This document shows, one piece after another, positions 8,379-14,597 of a DNA stretch of 16,585 nt (position 1 is its first letter; every line of letters starts with the position of its first letter). Source of the stretch: a virus; UHGV virus genome UHGV-0131805; one strand, given 5' to 3'. The position numbers were made by a program, and so were the translations under genes. The notes beneath the pieces were generated by a model, which saw only the letters and a program-made list of their open reading frames with translations, was not told the origin of the DNA and ran no database searches.

Positions 8379-8639
8379 ATGAATAAAGAGAAACAACCCT
8401 ATGATGTTGCAGCCTATGTTATTGCTTCAAAACTACTGAGCCTTCTGGTTGATAAAGGCATTGTAACCCCGTCTGAAGGAACGAATATCTGCACTTGCGC
8501 AAAAGAGCTATTACCCAGCGCATCTGCCATGCGGGCAACTTCCTCGCATGGAATGCAACTGGAGAAACTCCTTCAGGATGTTATTGATTCCTTTCCGGCA
8601 CAGGATCAAGAAGGAGATTCCGAACGTCAAACGCCTTAA
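8379..8639 (+). CDS. Hypothetical 86-aa protein; the only plausible plus-strand gene in the window
   Basis: AAAGGAA lies 5 nt before the ATG. No competing minus-strand ORF covers 8307-8510. Its 3' end overlaps the minus-strand gene 8581..8898 by 59 nt. Product not recognised. Confidence 0.4.
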   Translation: MNKEKQPYDVAAYVIASKLLSLLVDKGIVTPSEGTNICTCAKELLPSASAMRATSSHGMQLEKLLQDVIDSFPAQDQEGDSERQTP

Positions 8640-8898
8640 TCTCATGATCCCGTGTGATAATATCTGACTCATCAAGGCCAAGCCTGCGTCGAATAAATTC
8701 GTTGCGGGCTTTTTTGTTAAACAACACAATTTCATCCTCAATCATTGCGATTTCATTATTAATAACGAATTGCGTCTCCGTGACAGTTAAACCCTGTTCA
8801 ATTGCCATTTCCACTATCACCCGCATTCTCTCCAGCATTCCCGCTTTTTCCAGTTCTTCGTTAATATCTTTACACTCAAATTTGATTTCTTGTTCCAT
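8581..8898 (-). CDS. Hypothetical acidic 105-aa protein, last gene of the AT-rich island
   Basis: Start set at ATG 8898 (MEQEIKFECKD...), one nt after the TAA stop of the upstream zinc-ribbon ORF; the ORF-track start at 8913 is a GTG. E/D-rich composition. No motif recognised. Confidence 0.5.
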   Translation of the reverse strand: MEQEIKFECKDINEELEKAGMLERMRVIVEMAIEQGLTVTETQFVINNEIAMIEDEIVLFNKKARNEFIRRRLGLDESDIITRDHEIKAFDVRNLLLDPVPERNQ

Positions 8899-8899
8899 A

Positions 8900-9043
8900 T
8901 TATTCATTCTCACAATTCATACATGCAGTGTCGTCGCCCATATCGCAGAGATTACACTTGCTCTCACCACAATATGGGCACTCTTTCAGATACTCCGGAG
9001 CCTCATTTCCACAGGTGGGACATTCAACAATTTGCTCATCCAT
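8900..9043 (-). CDS. Small zinc-ribbon protein with four CxxC motifs (47 aa); absent from the ORF track because it is under 60 aa
   Basis: Hand translation of the minus strand gives MDEQIVECPTCGNEAPEYLKECPYCGESKCNLCDMGDDTACMNCENE. Motifs CPTC, CPYC, CNLC and CMNC. AAGGAG lies 7 nt upstream of the ATG; stop TAA is 1 nt before the next gene's ATG. Confidence 0.5.
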   Translation of the reverse strand: MDEQIVECPTCGNEAPEYLKECPYCGESKCNLCDMGDDTACMNCENE

Positions 9044-9058
9044 TATCTTTCTCCTTAT

Positions 9059-9229
9059 TCAGTCTTCTGCGACATTCGGCACAGTCATCAGGGCTTTCAA
9101 ATGTATCCGGCTCGCGATTATGAGCCAGATATAACCACCGCCTACATATACTGATATTATCGCCTGTTTTAAAAAATGATGCTTCTTGGCCATCAGAGGA
9201 CGCGCCCATCCAGCGGGTAGACTATTCAT
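9059..9229 (-). CDS. Small 56-aa ORF with a central hydrophobic segment; absent from the ORF track
   Basis: Hand translation gives MNSLPAGWARPLMAKKHHFLKQAIISVYVGGGYIWLIIASRIHLKALMTVPNVAED. ATG overlaps the end of the upstream gene (ATGAATAG) and is preceded by GGAGG at 9-nt spacing. Coding status uncertain. Confidence 0.35.
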   Translation of the reverse strand: MNSLPAGWARPLMAKKHHFLKQAIISVYVGGGYIWLIIASRIHLKALMTVPNVAED

Positions 9230-9554
9230 TTGCTTTATCCTCCATACTGGACAGAATCATATGTATTAATGTCGGGCGTGGAGATATACGCATTTCATTA
9301 AGCGTCTGAAGGGCAGCAACAGCTGCCTGTTTATCGGTGCCTTTGGCAATTTCCGCAAGAGAATGCACAATCCATAACGGACTTAACGCCACGACTGAAT
9401 CCAGAATCATGTCATCCATAATAATTTCTGACACATCCCGCTTGTCACATTCCTTATCCATAAAAGAAACGATTTTTTCCACATCTTCCGGTTTCATGCC
9501 TCCGGCGATAAGAATTTTGCGATACTCATAAGACGATCTTAATTCAATACTCAT
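9222..9554 (-). CDS. Hypothetical acidic protein (about 110 aa) in the AT-rich island
   Basis: ORF-track start 9596 overlaps the stop of the upstream membrane gene (ATGA), but the in-frame ATG at 9554 (MSIELRS...) has AGGAG at 6-nt spacing and is preferred. D/E-rich. No motif recognised. Confidence 0.5.
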   Translation of the reverse strand: MSIELRSSYEYRKILIAGGMKPEDVEKIVSFMDKECDKRDVSEIIMDDMILDSVVALSPLWIVHSLAEIAKGTDKQAAVAALQTLNEMRISPRPTLIHMILSSMEDKANE

Positions 9555-9592
9555 ATTCATCTCCTGTAACTCTGACAAGGACGTGATTTTTC

Positions 9593-9778
9593 TCATTTAT
9601 GTTTTCCAGTAATACGTATATATATGTCGATAAGAAGATTCATAATAAACAGGAAGAGCGACATCCTGATAAAGAACCAAATATCTGGCATCATGGACAG
9701 GTTTCCTGTAATCGCAAATATAAAACCAACCCCCAACACCGGAACGATAATTGCGAAAAATACAAGTCTCTTTATCAT
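9593..9778 (-). CDS. Small membrane protein (61 aa, two predicted TM helices), first gene of the AT-rich island
   Basis: Two hydrophobic stretches (LVFFAIIVPVLGVGFIFAI and FFIRMSLFLFIMNLLIDIYI). ATGA start/stop overlap with the upstream 183-aa gene; GGGAG 9 nt upstream. Strongly AT-rich codons compared with flanking genes. Confidence 0.5.
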   Translation of the reverse strand: MIKRLVFFAIIVPVLGVGFIFAITGNLSMMPDIWFFIRMSLFLFIMNLLIDIYIRITGKHK

Positions 9779-10326
9779 GGCGTTAACTCCCGTAATACAG
9801 CGTCCTCGGCAGTCCGGCGACGGTAATAAACAGCGTGAGCAGAATGTTCAGATATGCCAAACTTTTCGCCAATTTCCCGGAATGACAGACGGCGAGGGTA
9901 ATCGGAATCCCGTAGTGCACGTATAAGACGAACATCCTCATCAGATATACGTGTGCCGGGGCGTAACTCACCGCACTTTGTTAATCCGGCACCAATCATT
10001 CCTGCGCGGCACCTGACAGAGTCTTTATTACGTCCGAGATAATCCCCCATTTGCTGGCAGGTCATTGTCCGGGCATTTTTTCGGATAAATTTATCTTCAT
10101 CAGGTGTAAATCGCGGTCGTTTATATTTCAGCAACTCCGGGTATGTACTGCGCAATACGCCAGTCCGGTTATATACGGCCCAGACACTTCTTTTTATTCT
10201 GGCGGCAATATCCTTGACCGGGGTGGAGGAATAAAGCGCAATCAGCAGCGCGTCTTCTTCAGGTGTCCACGGGCGGACATGAGCGGGTGCACAGCCTTTT
10301 CCCCCCATGGGTTGTAATTTCATCAT
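9775..10326 (-). CDS. Hypothetical DNA-binding protein (183 aa) with two tandem W/F-TP-[ED]ED helix-turn-helix-like repeats and a C-terminal HTH-like segment
   Basis: Internal repeat visible in the translation: WTPEEDALLIALY...VWAVYNR and FTPDEDKFIRKNA...VRCR (Myb/SANT-like spacing). C-terminal LSFREIGEKFGISEHSAHAVYYRR resembles an HTH. Family not confirmed. Confidence 0.45.
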   Translation of the reverse strand: MMKLQPMGGKGCAPAHVRPWTPEEDALLIALYSSTPVKDIAARIKRSVWAVYNRTGVLRSTYPELLKYKRPRFTPDEDKFIRKNARTMTCQQMGDYLGRNKDSVRCRAGMIGAGLTKCGELRPGTRISDEDVRLIRALRDSDYPRRLSFREIGEKFGISEHSAHAVYYRRRTAEDAVLRELTP

Positions 10327-10329
10327 GCA

Positions 10330-10845
10330 TCACCCCCTGACTCGCTTTTCAGCAGCATAAAACTCGTCTGACAGTATTTCGGTCATTTTCTGTTTTGCGG
10401 GTTTTACGCCGCACTGAAGGTAAATCACATCATCAACACAGAACCATTTCACGGGGCCATACAGGATTGCCGAGAAATCAATGCCCAGCCAGAACAACAG
10501 GGCATCGGTTCTGGCATACGTGACGGGCGAATATTCACGCCACAGACTGTTCAGTTCGTCAGAGGCAGTGCGCAGGGCTTTGGGAATGCGCGATGTGCGC
10601 GGCGTGCAGCTCCAGCCATTCGCCGCTGTCGGTTTTCGCCATAAATCACGATGAAAAGGATATTTGTCATCCGTAAAACGCAGCCCCTTAAAACAAAAGC
10701 CACTGATACCGGATACAAATACCGGGCGGCACTCAACATTCAGCACGGCCTCAAGGCGTTTTGCCTCATCCTTAACTTTCTGGCAGTCCTGCTGATATTT
10801 TTGCCACGCAGCCAGCGCGGAAGGGTTTGATGTTTTAAAGAACAT
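10330..10845 (-). CDS. Hypothetical early-region protein (171 aa)
   Basis: Start ATG overlaps the upstream stop (TAATG); GGAGG 8 nt upstream. No motif recognised. Confidence 0.5.
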   Translation of the reverse strand: MFFKTSNPSALAAWQKYQQDCQKVKDEAKRLEAVLNVECRPVFVSGISGFCFKGLRFTDDKYPFHRDLWRKPTAANGWSCTPRTSRIPKALRTASDELNSLWREYSPVTYARTDALLFWLGIDFSAILYGPVKWFCVDDVIYLQCGVKPAKQKMTEILSDEFYAAEKRVRG

Positions 10846-11378
10846 TACGCCACCTCCGCAGATATCCCGGCAGGCGCTGCTGTCCGGTCAACAATCAGGT
10901 AGCGCAGAACATGTTCAGTGATATTCCAGCCGCTTAAACCGCAGATAATGACACCCAGGCGAATGTCGATATACGCCATCACAAACTGGGGCACACCTTC
11001 TTTCATGGCCTGCTCATCAACTTCAGCCACCACATAAACGGTTTCACAGGTCAGTACGCCCTGAGCAAATTCCCACGCCATCGACGGAATATCATGCCCC
11101 TCAATCCACGGCAGGGACTTTCTGAAGCTGCACCACTGAACATCATCAGCCGCACATTCCTGGCTGCATTTGCGACGAACCGGCTGCACCGGGCGGGGAC
11201 GCGGAATATCATAAAAACCGTTACATTCCGTCAGCACGCCTGCATCAACCGCATCACGCAGAAAATAAACCATGGAGGATGGCGGCATATTCATTTTTTC
11301 AGCCAGTACACCGCAGGTCAGGCGGCCATAAATACGCAGCCAGTTTTTAACCCCTTCAAGCACTTTTGCATCAATCAT
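10845..11378 (-). CDS. Hypothetical early-region protein (177 aa), possible N-terminal winged-helix
   Basis: ORF with GGGGA 9 nt upstream of the ATG, downstream of a 145-nt AT-rich gap after gam. N-terminal region (LTCGVLAEKMNMPPSSMVYFLRDAVDAGVL) is HTH-like. Family not recognised. Confidence 0.45.
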   Translation of the reverse strand: MIDAKVLEGVKNWLRIYGRLTCGVLAEKMNMPPSSMVYFLRDAVDAGVLTECNGFYDIPRPRPVQPVRRKCSQECAADDVQWCSFRKSLPWIEGHDIPSMAWEFAQGVLTCETVYVVAEVDEQAMKEGVPQFVMAYIDIRLGVIICGLSGWNITEHVLRYLIVDRTAAPAGISAEVA

Positions 11379-11523
11379 GAATTATTTCCCCACCACATTA
11401 TTAATGACGATGTAAACGTATTTCATATTTCTTACCCCTTATTTTCTGTTTTCAGGCGCAAGCAGTCCCCTGACGCGAGCGCCATAATTAAAATGAAGTG
11501 ATATTTAATTGATTAATTCGGTG

Positions 11524-12054
11524 TTATTTATTCAGTCCGGCGTCCTGTTCAAAAGGCTCGACATAAAAACTTTCAGCGCCTTTATTCACCTTAATACCGG
11601 CAATGCCTTTCACCGCATCCGGCTCCGCCAGGACCGCTTCCTTATTCACTTCCTCTTTCGTGCGGATGAAACGCTCAAGGCCCATACGGCGCAGCATTTC
11701 AATCACACCTTCCACATCACGGCTGACGCTGCATGATGGATTTCCCAGTCGCCATGACACCGTTCCGGTGGTCAGATTAGCTGTTTTGGTTTTTCCGCCG
11801 TTCGTCAGCTCATCGCGGTTGGTTTTGCACCAGTCCTGAATCCCTTTAAAAAGCACTTTGATTTGCTTTTTAAGATTTTCAATCTGCGGCGTATAACGGG
11901 CGGTGATTTCTGCCACTTCATCATTCATTGCCGTTTCCAGGCGCAGCGCCTCTCGCTGAATATCTCCCAGGGTGCGGATATCACGGCTGACTTCTTCCCG
12001 GGTCTGCGGTGCCGCCTCGGCTGCGGCCTTTAATTTTGTAATGCGTTTAGCCAT
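11524..12054 (-). CDS. gam: Gam, host-nuclease inhibitor protein (Mu Gam / Ku-like DNA-end-binding family)
   Basis: 176 aa. Segments such as LETAMNDEVAEITARY, TNRDELTNGGKTKTANLTTGTVSWR and LERFIRTKEEVNKEA closely track Mu Gam as I recall it. AAGGA RBS. Confidence 0.8.
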   Translation of the reverse strand: MAKRITKLKAAAEAAPQTREEVSRDIRTLGDIQREALRLETAMNDEVAEITARYTPQIENLKKQIKVLFKGIQDWCKTNRDELTNGGKTKTANLTTGTVSWRLGNPSCSVSRDVEGVIEMLRRMGLERFIRTKEEVNKEAVLAEPDAVKGIAGIKVNKGAESFYVEPFEQDAGLNK

Positions 12055-12065
12055 TTTGTTTTTCC

Positions 12066-12359
12066 TTATTGCAATGTGTCAGGTGCTTTCTGCAAAGAGC
12101 GGTGCTCAATGCTGCCATTCACCCCCAGAGCCTGCATGGAACCCTGAAGTTCATCTGTCAGAAACTGAATAATTGTGGGGCTGTGATATTTAAGAATTTG
12201 CGCATAAACATCACATGGGCCTGTCGGTCTGTTCTCCGTATCACGTTCGATTTTTACAGTGGCAGTAACACCCTCCGTGATTTCCTCACTATCATTACCG
12301 GCTGGCTTTACTTCATGCATTACGTGGTCAAATTCAAAAATAACGCGAACTTTGCTCAT
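12066..12359 (-). CDS. Hypothetical small protein (97 aa), paralog 1 of a tandem pair
   Basis: Starts MSKVRVIFEF...; ends ...QALGVNGS.... Start moved from the ORF-track position to ATG 12359, 4 nt after the stop of paralog 2, with AGGGG upstream. Confidence 0.5.
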   Translation of the reverse strand: MSKVRVIFEFDHVMHEVKPAGNDSEEITEGVTATVKIERDTENRPTGPCDVYAQILKYHSPTIIQFLTDELQGSMQALGVNGSIEHRSLQKAPDTLQ

Positions 12360-12363
12360 GGAA

Positions 12364-12636
12364 TTACCCCTGTTGATTAAATTCATTACCGTTAATAACC
12401 CCGGAAGCCATGCTCCTGTCTTTCATGAATGCACCGGCTTTCATTGCCACAAGTTCAGCAAAGTCTCTGCTTTCCGCGAGCATAACCATCCCAAAAATCG
12501 TGGCTGGCCCAGCATCCTTCTTCTTTATTCCGGTTGACCGTATATCCAGACTTATCCCCATGTGCGCGCTGCCATCAGCGTTTTTACGGATAACGTCCTC
12601 CTTGTATTCGAAAATAATGCGAACAACTTTACTCAT
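12364..12636 (-). CDS. Hypothetical small protein (90 aa), paralog 2 of a tandem pair
   Basis: Starts MSKVVRIIFEY...; ends ...MASGVINGN.... Start set at ATG 12636 with GAGGA 7-8 nt upstream; the ORF-track 5' extension to 12735 is rejected. Confidence 0.5.
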   Translation of the reverse strand: MSKVVRIIFEYKEDVIRKNADGSAHMGISLDIRSTGIKKKDAGPATIFGMVMLAESRDFAELVAMKAGAFMKDRSMASGVINGNEFNQQG

Positions 12637-12710
12637 CCTCTGGTCCTCGTTTTGTTCGGATAACTGACCCGGCGTCTGACCTGATGACAGAGCCGAACCA
12701 TGAAGCAACT

Positions 12711-12941
12711 TCATACTTCCCAGTAAACCGTGCATCCGCTTATGCGGGTGGCCTTCACACGGCGGCGCAGGCCGTTGGACTTAACGGTGATTTCAATTTC
12801 CTCACCACTCCCCTGAACCTCGCCTACCGGCGGCGTGGTTTTCAGTGCAAAACGTTGCGGATAGCGCTTACTGCGTTCCAGTACCGCACCGGCAAGCTCG
12901 GTCAGGCGACGGGCGTTATTCAGTGAATCAAACAAATTCAT
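12711..12941 (-). CDS. Hypothetical small early protein (76 aa)
   Basis: GGAG 9 nt upstream of the ATG; start overlaps the upstream gene's 3' end by 14 nt. Similar in size and position to Mu kil, but no sequence evidence for that. Confidence 0.4.
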   Translation of the reverse strand: MNLFDSLNNARRLTELAGAVLERSKRYPQRFALKTTPPVGEVQGSGEEIEITVKSNGLRRRVKATRISGCTVYWEV

Positions 12942-13347
12942 AGGTGAACTCCGGTTGTATCAGTAATGGATTCATGCGCGATGCAGCCAGTTCCAGCAGG
13001 AGGCCCCGATCAACCTCACCCATCCCCGGTATTTTTCGGGTTTCGCCACGCATGATTGCCCGAAGAATGGAGTAACCATGTCGCCACTCCCGGCGATAAT
13101 CACCCGGGATCAGAAAACCAAAACGCAGGCCTTCCCATACGTCCACATCAAAGCACTCATAATCAAAACGCTGCCGGACAGATTCACACTGCTGGTCTGC
13201 ATACCATTGATACAGGTCGATAAACAGAAAACACACACCGTCACCGTTCATCAATTCATAGATATAATCACGAACCTCACAGTCATTGTTGTTAAACGCA
13301 CGAAAGCTGTGGAGAACATTGATTTCCTGCTGTATCTGCGTATTCAT
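12928..13347 (-). CDS. Hypothetical acidic early protein (139 aa), rich in aromatic and Cys residues
   Basis: ORF co-directional with the early operon. D/E-rich with several C, W, Y and F. No motif recognised. Confidence 0.5.
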   Translation of the reverse strand: MNTQIQQEINVLHSFRAFNNNDCEVRDYIYELMNGDGVCFLFIDLYQWYADQQCESVRQRFDYECFDVDVWEGLRFGFLIPGDYRREWRHGYSILRAIMRGETRKIPGMGEVDRGLLLELAASRMNPLLIQPEFTYEFV

Positions 13348-13359
13348 ATAACACCTCGT

Positions 13360-13587
13360 TTAGCTGATTCGTTTTGCACCGATAAAACGACAAATATTGC
13401 TGTAAGCTTCTTTCGCACCTTCACGATCAAGTCCTGCCGATATTGCCATTCTGGTGCGATCATTAAATTCAAAAAGTAAATCGCCACATCCTTCACTGTC
13501 AGACACGGAGACTGCTTTGACGTTATCGAAATTCACCAGGTGAAAGCGTCCGTAAATATCAGGAATATTAAATGCAATCATAATCAC
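13360..13587 (-). CDS. Hypothetical small early protein (75 aa) immediately downstream of B
   Basis: ATGA start/stop overlap with the MuB-like gene. No motif recognised. Confidence 0.45.
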   Translation of the reverse strand: MIMIAFNIPDIYGRFHLVNFDNVKAVSVSDSEGCGDLLFEFNDRTRMAISAGLDREGAKEAYSNICRFIGAKRIS

Positions 13588-14516
13588 ACCTGTGAGAGTA
13601 ATTCAGGGTTGGCATAAACCTCTTTAAAGGCCGCATTAATATGTTTTTCTGTCAGCGCCGCGCCTTCACCACTGGCGGTGATCCACGCCTGGTTAAGTGT
13701 ATGTGTCAGAACACGTAACGCTCCCGGCTTTTCAGCGATCGCCTGCATGACGGCCAACTCTGCCTCACCACTGATACCCCATGCACGGGCAATAGCCAGC
13801 ACATCGGCCTTTTTGGCCTTGCGAAGTTGTTTTGTACGGGCAAGACGGCTGAACAGGCGCGATAAATCATCAAAGGCGCGGCGTCCGCCTTTAAACAGCC
13901 CCTTTGGGTTACCGATAAGCACCATCCCGATCCCCGTGGCGTCCTGAATTGCCCGGAGTTGCTCCAGACCGTCAATACCAAGATGATCCGCCTCATCCAC
14001 AATCACCAGTCCGCGCGTTCCCATCAGGCGACGGCGGATGGCGCGGGACAGTGCCCCTTTGTTCGCGCGGGTGTAATCAATCCCCAGCGCATCGGCCAGC
14101 TCCAGCAGACACTCCGTGACGCTGGAGTGCGCGGGTGACAGGGTGATCATCCAGGTGTTTGGTTGCTCCTGGCAGTAATTACGGGCGGTGGCCGTTTTAC
14201 CTACCCCCGGCACGCCCACTATGACGTTAATACAGCCCATCAGGCGAACCGCCTGAAACAGCGCGCGCAGTTCCTGGACTGTCTGCGTTTCCACAAACTG
14301 CGGCGGTTCCGGCAGTGCGCTTTGGTTATTCCAGTTCTCATACCAGGAATGCAGGGAAGCCGCCACAGCAGCGTTATCGCCTTTATATTTTCCCTTGCGG
14401 AAAGCCGATAATGTGCCGTCAGAAATACCCGCCTCTCTGGCGATGGCATACTGCGTCAGTACGCCGCCATCAATAAGTTCATCTATGGTCTTGATTACAT
14501 CGTTAATATCAGTCAT
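13584..14516 (-). CDS. B: MuB-like DNA transposition protein B (AAA+ ATPase, target DNA activator)
   Basis: Walker A GVPGVGKT and Walker B LVIVDEADHL in the translation. Segments LPEPPQFVETQTV, LSRAIRRRL, KKADVLAIARAW and EKPGALRVL track Mu B as I recall it. Directly downstream of the transposase gene. Confidence 0.85.
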   Translation of the reverse strand: MTDINDVIKTIDELIDGGVLTQYAIAREAGISDGTLSAFRKGKYKGDNAAVAASLHSWYENWNNQSALPEPPQFVETQTVQELRALFQAVRLMGCINVIVGVPGVGKTATARNYCQEQPNTWMITLSPAHSSVTECLLELADALGIDYTRANKGALSRAIRRRLMGTRGLVIVDEADHLGIDGLEQLRAIQDATGIGMVLIGNPKGLFKGGRRAFDDLSRLFSRLARTKQLRKAKKADVLAIARAWGISGEAELAVMQAIAEKPGALRVLTHTLNQAWITASGEGAALTEKHINAAFKEVYANPELLSQV

Positions 14517-14597
14517 ATTATTTACCTCGCTTGAGACAGCATTCTCCGAGACTGAAACCCAAATAACCTGAGTTACCCCTCGGGTTATTTTTTTATT

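Noticed and set aside
12637-12735. 5' extension of ORF 12364..12735 (123 aa)
   Set aside because: The paralog alignment begins at the internal MSKVV (ATG 12636), which has a GAGGA RBS; the extension overlaps the upstream gene.
14517-14597. Hairpin-like sequence followed by a T-run on the plus strand in the A-B intergenic region, considered as a plus-strand terminator
   Set aside because: The stem is short and imperfect. No convincing plus-strand gene ends here, and the T-run is equally explained as the A-rich RBS region of B on the minus strand.
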